Source of the DNA: a virus
Lineage: Duplodnaviria; Caudoviricetes
Strand: one strand, 5' to 3'
Length of the DNA: 29,392 nt
Virus record (IMG/VR): IMGVR_UViG_3300044638_004209
Coordinates: 1-29,392 of that record
In this document: positions 17,128 through 23,948 of the stretch, in pieces
Layout: every line of letters begins with the position of its first letter
Position numbering within the stretch: position 1 is the first letter of the stretch
The notes under the pieces: generated by a model
The model's database searches: none
What the model was told of the DNA's origin: nothing
The model's input: only the letters and a program-made list of their open reading frames with translations
Position numbers and translations under genes: made by a program

Positions 17128-18264
17128 TTACTCAGGCCAATCCGAATCCCACGCTTCGCTATCACCTGAACCAACGGAAGCTGGTACTGGTTCCGGCGAT
17201 GCCGTAGGCGTGGCTTCTGTCGCTTGTGCCACAGGCTCCCGCGACAAGTCTGCCAAGTTTACCTTGTGGGGTTCATCGTCTTTATCAAAGACGCTGATGA
17301 CCCCTCCGGCGTTCTTGTGGACTGTCACTTGGCCCAAGGTTCGGTGGTAGACCACCGAACCCTTGGCAGGCCAGGAATCTGCCGCCGTAGTCGCCGGTGC
17401 TGGTGGTTGGGTCGTCGTGACCGTGGGTCTTTGCACCTTTGACTCAGGAACAGCAGGCTTCGGAATATCCAACGGCTTTGGAGCCGGAACTGGTTTCATC
17501 TCAGCCGAAACCGTGGCGGGAGCCTCGGTTTCAGCAGGGACAGCCGAAAGATCCTCCGGATCTTCGTCGTAGAACTTGGCCTTCAAGGTTTCTGCACTCT
17601 CGATGACCAACAGGTTATCGAGTTGCAAGGCTTGGGCCAAGATCGCATCGGGAACGCCGCCGTGTCGGTCGAAGTCGAACGATACGGCTTCGTAGCACTT
17701 ACCCTTAGGTGTGGGCTTCTCAGCGAAAGTGACGTAGATATACGCACCTTCGACTGGATCAGCGAAGTAGTCGATCCACTCGCGACCTGGGATCGCGACC
17801 TTGGCCGAGACAGTCGTGTTCAACTGCTTGGAGAATAGGTGGTAGCTGTGGTCGAACAGCAAGACTTGGTTCTGCTCAGGCAACCACACTGTATACAGTG
17901 TGCGTTGCTTGGCATAAAACTTCTCTTTAGCCATCTCCCTAGTCAACTCACCCGAATCGATGGCGGCACTGATGCCGTCGCAGATTGGGCACTTCCCGCC
18001 TTTGGTCAACTTAGGGCAGATGGCATAGCCCTTGCCGTCTGATCCCATGTTGTTGTGGACGTAGTAGTCGCGAGCGTAGTGCAACTCGCCGTCCTTTGCG
18101 ACAGGGTGCTTCGCACCCTGCGGTACGGTGTACGGCAGTACCACCATCTTGATCGTACCTGCCTTGTCGATCTTGAGGGTCTTTACGCCCTGGGGAATCC
18201 TCAGGACACCGCCGCCACGACCTTCTGCTGCTTTATCTCGGGTTTTCTTGGATGACAACGCCAT
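17128..18264 (-). CDS. Single-stranded DNA-binding protein (gp32-like)
   Basis: YYVH...CPK....KCPICD Zn motif, FADPVEG, Pro/Ala linker, acidic aromatic tail DSEAWDSDWPE; next to UvsY-like and clamp loader genes. Confidence 0.7.
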   Translation of the reverse strand: MALSSKKTRDKAAEGRGGGVLRIPQGVKTLKIDKAGTIKMVVLPYTVPQGAKHPVAKDGELHYARDYYVHNNMGSDGKGYAICPKLTKGGKCPICDGISAAIDSGELTREMAKEKFYAKQRTLYTVWLPEQNQVLLFDHSYHLFSKQLNTTVSAKVAIPGREWIDYFADPVEGAYIYVTFAEKPTPKGKCYEAVSFDFDRHGGVPDAILAQALQLDNLLVIESAETLKAKFYDEDPEDLSAVPAETEAPATVSAEMKPVPAPKPLDIPKPAVPESKVQRPTVTTTQPPAPATTAADSWPAKGSVVYHRTLGQVTVHKNAGGVISVFDKDDEPHKVNLADLSREPVAQATEATPTASPEPVPASVGSGDSEAWDSDWPE

Positions 18265-18265
18265 G

Positions 18266-18685
18266 TTAGTTCTTCACTCCCTTCGGTTGGATGTTGGTGG
18301 AACCGAGGAAGCCAGCGATGGACAACTCGGTCAGATACTTCAAACTGGAACGCTTTGCGTCGAGAGCATCGCAAACTGCGCGACTCTCGGACAGCTTAGC
18401 CTTAGCGGCAACTACTGCCTGCTGGGCTTCGGTGTAACTCGGCTGAATGAGGATCAATGCCTTGATCGTATCCTCAGTCGTCTTGGTAATGCCATAGTTG
18501 ACGGGGTTTTGCCTGATGTCGATGCTGAGTTTAGCTTCGACGAGTTTTAGGTAGTTTTCGGCGACGAGGGCCGCTGTTGCGTCCTCGGTCGCAGCGCGAT
18601 TCCACACCAGGATGTCCTGCGGGAGTGTTTCGAGATCCTCGCTGAGACGGTTACGATCCACCGACAAGTTTGTTTGGTCAGACAT
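18266..18685 (-). CDS. UvsY-like recombination mediator (putative)
   Basis: 139-aa helical protein with KTTEDTIKA...ALDAKRSSL; size and position next to the SSB fit. GGAGG RBS. Confidence 0.5.
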   Translation of the reverse strand: MSDQTNLSVDRNRLSEDLETLPQDILVWNRAATEDATAALVAENYLKLVEAKLSIDIRQNPVNYGITKTTEDTIKALILIQPSYTEAQQAVVAAKAKLSESRAVCDALDAKRSSLKYLTELSIAGFLGSTNIQPKGVKN

Positions 18686-18729
18686 TGCTGCCTCCTAAGT
18701 GAAAATTGTTAATCCGACTGTGCTAGGTT

Positions 18730-19632
18730 CTACGTCGAAGCCCTGACCAAAGCAAGAATAAATCCTGGTTTGCGGGAAGAAAAAAATGGATTCTCAAACT
18801 GAGACATGATCTTGACTACCGTTGGTACGGATTTTGAATTCAAAAGCATTGTCGCGCCGTAGGACATGATCGCACAGCGCAGTCGCTCGATCTCCCCTTC
18901 GGGGAGATCCTTCAAGACTAGACTATGCGTCGGGAAGATTTTTCTCCCGGCGTATAGATCCTGTACCAACTTGAATACGTCTGGTTTGAGTTCCTCGGGG
19001 TTCCCGAGGATCTCCGGCCAACGCTCCTTCGGAGCGTTGGCAATCTGCTCTAGCAGCACCAAGGCTTGCCTTGGGCTGCCATTGGCCGCCTGCGAGATCG
19101 TCGTCGGGATGCAGTCGATTCCTTCGGCGGTCGCTACCCTACCTACTAGGGTGTTCAAGTCGGCGATGCTGACATCGCCGAGCTTGAAATGCGTCAGACG
19201 AGTCTGCAACGGCTTTTCCAGCTTTTCCGGGTTGGTCGTACACAGGATGAAGTAGACGTGCGCCGGAGTGTCCTCGGTCATCTTGAGCATGGCTCGCTGA
19301 CCTTGGGAAGTGATTTGGTGGGCTTCATCGATGATGTAGATCCGCTTGCCCCCAGAGAGCCCACGCATTTGCAATCGGCCCTCGATCTCGCGGATAGCGT
19401 CAACTCCGTTGTCGCTAGCTGCGTTTTTCTCGATGATGTCAACGCCGGATGCTCCGAGTTCCTTGGCGAGTATTCTCGCCAAGGTCGTCTTGCCTGTTCC
19501 ACTAGGGCCGGAAAACAAGAGTGCGTGAGGCAATGCTTGCTTGGCAAGCATTGACTTCAACTGGTTGATAACGGCTTCCTGGCCGACAAGATCGGCCAGG
19601 GTGGATGGTCGGTACTTTTGATAAAGGCCCAT
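18730..19632 (-). CDS. Clamp loader AAA+ subunit (DnaX/RFC-like)
   Basis: LYQKYRP..LADLVGQ, GPSGTGKTT, IIDEAH, MLKMTE, FILCTT, GSPRQAL. Confidence 0.9.
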   Translation of the reverse strand: MGLYQKYRPSTLADLVGQEAVINQLKSMLAKQALPHALLFSGPSGTGKTTLARILAKELGASGVDIIEKNAASDNGVDAIREIEGRLQMRGLSGGKRIYIIDEAHQITSQGQRAMLKMTEDTPAHVYFILCTTNPEKLEKPLQTRLTHFKLGDVSIADLNTLVGRVATAEGIDCIPTTISQAANGSPRQALVLLEQIANAPKERWPEILGNPEELKPDVFKLVQDLYAGRKIFPTHSLVLKDLPEGEIERLRCAIMSYGATMLLNSKSVPTVVKIMSQFENPFFSSRKPGFILALVRAST

Positions 19633-20249
19633 TACTTTAGAAATCCCTTCATAATCTCGGTGATTCGGCGTTGGAATTGTGGGAGTGATCCGTCGTTTAG
19701 AACGATGCGATCAACAGCAAATTGCTGTTGTTCGCTTCGGTGCGCAGGCAGGGTTGCGACTTCCTCGGAGACTCGCCCCTGGATTTCCCAAATCTCGCCG
19801 CCGTTGGATTTGATGAACTCCGCTTCCTCTGGGAAGCGGAGATCGCGAATCGCATACCTCGGCAGATTTTTTTCCCGCATACGTTGCTTGGCTATGTTCA
19901 CCCAACAGTAATCACCGAATACATCCCTGCCGTTCTCCGTACCGATGGTACGGAGCATTTGTCGAACGGCGGGATACCGCCGTTTGATCGTGTCCCAACC
20001 GTCCTTATCGACGAGGGTTTGTAGATAGATACACCGGTGGTGGGCAACCAACACCGGGGGATTGAGTCGGTACAAGGCTTCGTACACAGGGTCGGAGAAT
20101 CCCATGATTCCGTAGCCGAAATGGTACGCAAGCCATGAGGCTGCGGTATCCTTGCCGGAGCCAATCTCCCCCCGTAATCCTATGATTGGAGGTAATTTGT
20201 CTAGCTTGCCTTGTACGGTCGGTTCTTGTTCCTGGACGGTTTCAGACAT
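19632..20249 (-). CDS. Deoxynucleoside monophosphate kinase
   Basis: IIGLRGEIGSGKDT, FSDP, RQMLRTIGTE.GR, DLRFPEE, HRSE. Start reassigned to MSETV (20249). Confidence 0.85.
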   Translation of the reverse strand: MSETVQEQEPTVQGKLDKLPPIIGLRGEIGSGKDTAASWLAYHFGYGIMGFSDPVYEALYRLNPPVLVAHHRCIYLQTLVDKDGWDTIKRRYPAVRQMLRTIGTENGRDVFGDYCWVNIAKQRMREKNLPRYAIRDLRFPEEAEFIKSNGGEIWEIQGRVSEEVATLPAHRSEQQQFAVDRIVLNDGSLPQFQRRITEIMKGFLK

Positions 20250-20881
20250 TCTTCGCCTATTTTCCCTTTTCTGATGCGTTTCAATACAGTTGTGCGAGCC
20301 AATCCATACTGGTCGGCCCATTCTGTATAGTGTTTAGTGACTCCATCTATTGTCAATACTATTGAACAGCGTTTGTTAAGTGATTGTTCGATTTTTGTTG
20401 CCCATCTACAGTTTTCTGGGCAATAGTCTCCGTTGTTGTCGATGCGATCCAAAGAATGTCTATTGCTTGGACGGTCTTGCATATCACTGAGGAAATTACT
20501 AAACCCATCCTCCCCGAGCCAGCGTTCACACACCCTAACTCCTCGTCCTCCGTAGTTGTGGTATGACTTGTTGTTTGGGTTGTAGCATCTGGCTTTCATG
20601 GCTAGCCATATGTTGTGCAAGCTGGTCTTGGCTCGAAGGTGCCTGCCTACAGATTCTCGTACTCGCAAGTCCCTGTAGCATCCACAACTGGTTGTTTTTC
20701 CGCCTCGAACATTGTCCCAAAAACAGCATTTGTAGGTTCCGCAATGGCATTGCACCACTACTAACCAATCTACCCTTGTTTGCGATTTACGAACACGGAA
20801 CGGAGCCCCAACAACTTTTAGATTGCCAAAGACTTTGCCTACCTCAGAGGGCAGGATTTGAATACCATTGCAGTTTTCCAT
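20201..20881 (-). CDS. HNH-type homing endonuclease-like protein
   Basis: CHCG..SCGC, MKARC, NYGGRGVRVCERW, SLDRIDNNGDYCPENCRWAT; AT-richer than its neighbours. Confidence 0.8.
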   Translation of the reverse strand: MENCNGIQILPSEVGKVFGNLKVVGAPFRVRKSQTRVDWLVVVQCHCGTYKCCFWDNVRGGKTTSCGCYRDLRVRESVGRHLRAKTSLHNIWLAMKARCYNPNNKSYHNYGGRGVRVCERWLGEDGFSNFLSDMQDRPSNRHSLDRIDNNGDYCPENCRWATKIEQSLNKRCSIVLTIDGVTKHYTEWADQYGLARTTVLKRIRKGKIGEECLKPSRNKNRPYKAS

Positions 20882-20901
20882 AGTTTCTCCTTTACTGCAT
20901 T

Positions 20902-20930
20902 ATTCTATGGTATTCTTATTGGATTGTCTA
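20902..20930 (-). promoter_or_regulatory. Sigma70-like promoter for the HNH gene
   Basis: TAGACA (20930-20925), 17-nt spacer, TAGAAT (20907-20902), then AAGGAG RBS and ATG at 20881. Confidence 0.6.
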
Positions 20931-22283
20931 GCTTTTATGGTATGGTTTTTTATCGGCCCACGATTCTCCAACTTCTGTTTCCGTACTGAGGGGCAGCACT
21001 ATCCAAGGCCATTGTGCTGCCAGTTTGTACGTCATAATGGAGGTAGCCATTTCTATGTAATCATCGACTTCCTGTCTAGGTACTTCTGCCAGAATAGAAT
21101 CGTGAATCTGGCAGATCAGTCGGGTTCCCATGCGTCTTTTGAGAATTTCTTTGGTAATCTCAATAACGCTTTTGAGAAGGCAGTGAAACGCGCATCCTTG
21201 GGTTTCTACGTTCAGGATCTCGTTTCGCTTGTAGACTCCATGAATTCTGAATCCAGTCTTTGTGTATAGACAGCCGTTTCGCAAATACCCTTCCCAGGTA
21301 TCGTTTCGCCATTTGGCGAAAACCGGAAATCGTTGCGACCAGAATCTATCGCAAACGCCTTTCATGTGGTATGTGAAAGTATCTGGGGACATATTGTGTT
21401 CTGTGCCCAGTGATCGAATGTTTTTAGTCTTGAGGTATTCGTGTACTGGAACGTCGTTATACGTTGCTGACTCTGCACTTTTCCAGAGCTTTTTAGCAAT
21501 GGCGGCATAGTAGTCTCCATAGATCAAACTGAAATTCGTGACTTTTGCCATCTGTCGCAAAGGCTTAGGAACATCTTCTCCAAGGAAAAAACAATCCTGA
21601 GCAGTGGCTCTATGGAAATCAAATCCAGTGGTTAGGTACTCCATCATCGAAGGATCTCGATGCAAACACGCGCCTATCACCACTTCTAGGGTTGAGTAGT
21701 CGATCTCCACAATCACGTTGTTCGGATCGCTAGGCTTGATAATCCCCCGAATCACCTTCCCGATGTCGGGATCTCGGATCGGGATATTCTGCAAGTTCGG
21801 AGAATCCGAACTTGACCGATATGTCGTAACCTTGTGCAAATTGAAAAAAGCGTGAACTCTGCCGTTGCAGAGTTCACGCTTGAATGGGGCCAAATACGTC
21901 CCACGCAGCTTTTCCAACTTCTGCGTGCGTTGGAACAGCTTTGTGTATGGAGTATTGATTTCTTGCAGGGCTTCGTCATCCAGAGACAGTTTACCTGTCT
22001 CTGGATTGATGACTCCCCCTGGGTGTCCCATGACGTTGTAGAGGATGTCGGCTAGTTGCTCTCGGGAGCCAAGTTTTGTCTTGGCTCCGTATCGCTTTCG
22101 CTGTTCCTCGTATTCAGGCATCGACCGCAATTCCGCTTCCATCCCCTTGATGCGATTGCCGATGTCGGCAATCGCAGTATCCAGACGCTCTGCGCAGACT
22201 GGCATCCCTACGCTTTCCATTCTGGAAAGCGCGAGAGATCCTTCGTGCATCAAGGCGTAGGCTTGTGGGGATGCCGGTTTCAT
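20928..22283 (-). CDS. polA: Family A DNA polymerase, polymerase domain only
   Basis: RSSSDSPNLQNIP, motif A EIDYSTLE, motif B RQMAKVTNFSLIYG, motif C QIHDS. No exonuclease domain. Start reassigned to MKPAS (22283, TAATG overlap). Confidence 0.9.
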   Translation of the reverse strand: MKPASPQAYALMHEGSLALSRMESVGMPVCAERLDTAIADIGNRIKGMEAELRSMPEYEEQRKRYGAKTKLGSREQLADILYNVMGHPGGVINPETGKLSLDDEALQEINTPYTKLFQRTQKLEKLRGTYLAPFKRELCNGRVHAFFNLHKVTTYRSSSDSPNLQNIPIRDPDIGKVIRGIIKPSDPNNVIVEIDYSTLEVVIGACLHRDPSMMEYLTTGFDFHRATAQDCFFLGEDVPKPLRQMAKVTNFSLIYGDYYAAIAKKLWKSAESATYNDVPVHEYLKTKNIRSLGTEHNMSPDTFTYHMKGVCDRFWSQRFPVFAKWRNDTWEGYLRNGCLYTKTGFRIHGVYKRNEILNVETQGCAFHCLLKSVIEITKEILKRRMGTRLICQIHDSILAEVPRQEVDDYIEMATSIMTYKLAAQWPWIVLPLSTETEVGESWADKKPYHKS

Positions 22284-22522
22284 TAGCGTCGTCGTCCCAA
22301 TCGGTCGTAGACAACGACTTTGCCAGCGGTCTTGACGATCTTGCCGACAGGTCGGCCAACTCGGTCGTAGACTTGCGAGCAAGTCCCGCCGACGCAGGTT
22401 GCGACCTTCGCCACGGGACGGCCCAAACGGTCAAAGACCGTTTGGGTATCACCCGCCATAGCAGCACATCCTGAACACAATGCGGCGACGATCATCACCG
22501 CGAAAATTGTTGGTTTCCGCAT
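22283..22522 (-). CDS. Small secreted/lipoprotein-like protein with three (F/Y)DR(L/V)GR repeats
   Basis: MRK + hydrophobic stretch + LCSGC; FDRLGRP, YDRVGRP, YDRLGRR. Confidence 0.65.
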   Translation of the reverse strand: MRKPTIFAVMIVAALCSGCAAMAGDTQTVFDRLGRPVAKVATCVGGTCSQVYDRVGRPVGKIVKTAGKVVVYDRLGRRR

Positions 22523-22556
22523 CGGAATACCCTCTTTCTAAATAAACCTAGAATCA

Positions 22557-22585
22557 GCAACCTAGCCCACGGCGGGCTAGGTTGC
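22557..22585. other. 12-bp hairpin 3' of the tRNA-like array (terminator or processing/stability stem)
   Basis: gcaacctagccc-acggc-gggctaggttgc. Confidence 0.75.
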
Positions 22586-22588
22586 AAA

Positions 22589-22680
22589 GCTCCGAGCAGG
22601 ATTCGAACCTGCGCCTCCTAGGTTTTGCCATTGAACAAAAAATGCTGGCCTAGGTATTCCACCGCAATAACTTCCGGGGC
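22589..22680 (-). tRNA. Atypical tRNA with an expanded (about 26-nt) anticodon loop; identity undetermined
   Basis: Acceptor GCCCCGG/TCGGAGC (one mismatch), CCTAGG/CCTAGG anticodon stem, canonical T-arm GCAGG-TTCGAAT-CCTGC. Confidence 0.6.
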
Positions 22681-22684
22681 AAAA

Positions 22685-22795
22685 GGATCGGGCAGGATTC
22701 AAACCTACTCACATGCTGCTTGCAAAACCCAGAGGCATGTGCCCCGTAGACCAGTGGTGCAAGTCTGTTGCGTGTTCCCACCACGCCGCCGATCC
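22685..22795 (-). ncRNA. tRNA-like element B (111 nt)
   Basis: GGATCGG/CCGATCC, D-like GCGTG/CACGC, AGAC/GTCT arm, long arm CACATGC/GCATGTG, T-arm GTAGG-TTTGAAT-CCTGC, TTTT. Confidence 0.65.
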
Positions 22796-22797
22796 AG

Positions 22798-22866
22798 TTG
22801 CAGGTCTAGGAATCGCACCTAGCACTCGAAGCTCATGAGACTCCGATGGGCACTAGACCACCTGCA
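22798..22866 (-). tRNA. tRNA with CAT anticodon (Met or Ile2), reduced D-arm
   Basis: TGCAGGT/ACCTGCA acceptor, GGAGT-CTCATGA-GCTTC anticodon arm, CTAGG-TGCGATT-CCTAG T-arm; 69 nt, no encoded CCA. Confidence 0.6.
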
Positions 22867-22875
22867 AAATTAAAA

Positions 22876-23015
22876 GGATCGGGCAGGATTGGCTACCTGC
22901 TTGCGGCCTCCAGGATGCAATCGTTTACCCCTGATTCTCTGCCGAGTCTCTACGTTTCCGCTTCTCTGGCCGATGCCGCTTGTTTCAAATCGTGGTTGCG
23001 CCACGCCGCCGATCC
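22876..23015 (-). ncRNA. tRNA-like element C (140 nt)
   Basis: GGATCGG/CCGATCC, CGTGG-CGCAA-CCACG hairpin, GCGGC/GCCGC-closed interior, T-arm GCAGG-TAGCCAAT-CCTGC, TTTT. Confidence 0.65.
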
Positions 23016-23171
23016 TGTTTCTCTATCGTTTCATTTCCGTTCTCCTTAATCCGGGAGGTTGCAAGATTCCTCACAGAGATGCTTAATTTGAGGCTAGCTC
23101 GGTGTCTGGTACTCTTTCACCCAGACTCGTCTGCTTGCATCTTGTTCGTACCAAGGTCGCCCCGGTCGATC

Positions 23172-23948
23172 CTATTCTACGTCCAGTGGCCGCCTAAAGG
23201 CGGCCACTGTTATAGATTTTCCGATATTTTCTTCAAGAATAGGTAGATTCCCTGCTAATTCGCAGGGAATCCACGATGTAGGTAGGTAGCCAGAACCGAT
23301 ACCATTCGAGATGGCATAGGCCATCTCGATAGGGTTGCTGACCTCGGCCACCCCCTCTTGCGTCTCCGACAAGTAGCCGTACCACTCGCCGGTGATAAGC
23401 CTGTTCGGGTCTGTCCCGAACAGGCTTATTGGCAGTGTTTGGATGGCTTCGCCCTTCGCATTTTCATGCGCCGAGACGAATATGTCGTGTCCCGGCTTGT
23501 CTCGCTTTGCGAGCCAATCGCTGAAACTGTCGTAGGCAATTATCTTGGTGACTTGGTACTTGTCTGACAAGAGATCCGCAAGGTTGGGAGTGACAATCCC
23601 CAACCAGCGTTCGACGTGTACGGCCACTTGTGGCCGTACTTTTTGAGCATCTCCCAGCTTTTTCATCTCTCGCAGGAGCTTGCGGTGGGCCGCAAGCACC
23701 TTCTTAGCGTGCTTGTACAAGGCCATGCCGTCAGGCGTGGGCTTGCGAAAAGAATCAAGTAGCTTGACCTGGAAGATGGCCTCCATCTTGCGGTTGCTGT
23801 TGGGGATGATCGCGGTGTTGCCCATCTTGAGCTTCTTGCTGGCGGCTTGGGCACTGCCTAGCTCTACGCATAGGACGAACCAGCGAAGGGCTTCGAGCTT
23901 TGGTTCGACCACTTGGTCGATAGGATAGCGACGTGAGGAGCTAGTCAT
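23172..23948 (-). CDS. LysR-like transcriptional regulator (divergent)
   Basis: LEALRWFVLCVELGSAQAASKKL...MEAIFQVKLL...PTPDGMALY matches the LysR winged-HTH pattern. Confidence 0.7.
   Translation of the reverse strand: MTSSSRRYPIDQVVEPKLEALRWFVLCVELGSAQAASKKLKMGNTAIIPNSNRKMEAIFQVKLLDSFRKPTPDGMALYKHAKKVLAAHRKLLREMKKLGDAQKVRPQVAVHVERWLGIVTPNLADLLSDKYQVTKIIAYDSFSDWLAKRDKPGHDIFVSAHENAKGEAIQTLPISLFGTDPNRLITGEWYGYLSETQEGVAEVSNPIEMAYAISNGIGSGYLPTSWIPCELAGNLPILEENIGKSITVAAFRRPLDVE

Noticed and set aside
20201-20927. Group I intron or intein in polA carrying the HNH
   Set aside because: polA ends with complete motif C and a normal C-terminus before the HNH, which has its own promoter and RBS.
22685-23015. 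CRISPR array or simple direct-repeat interpretation of the repeated GGATCGGGCAGGATT / CCACGCCGCCGATCC motifs
   Set aside because: The two motifs are complementary ends of one fold, spacing is irregular (111-177 nt), and no cas genes are present.
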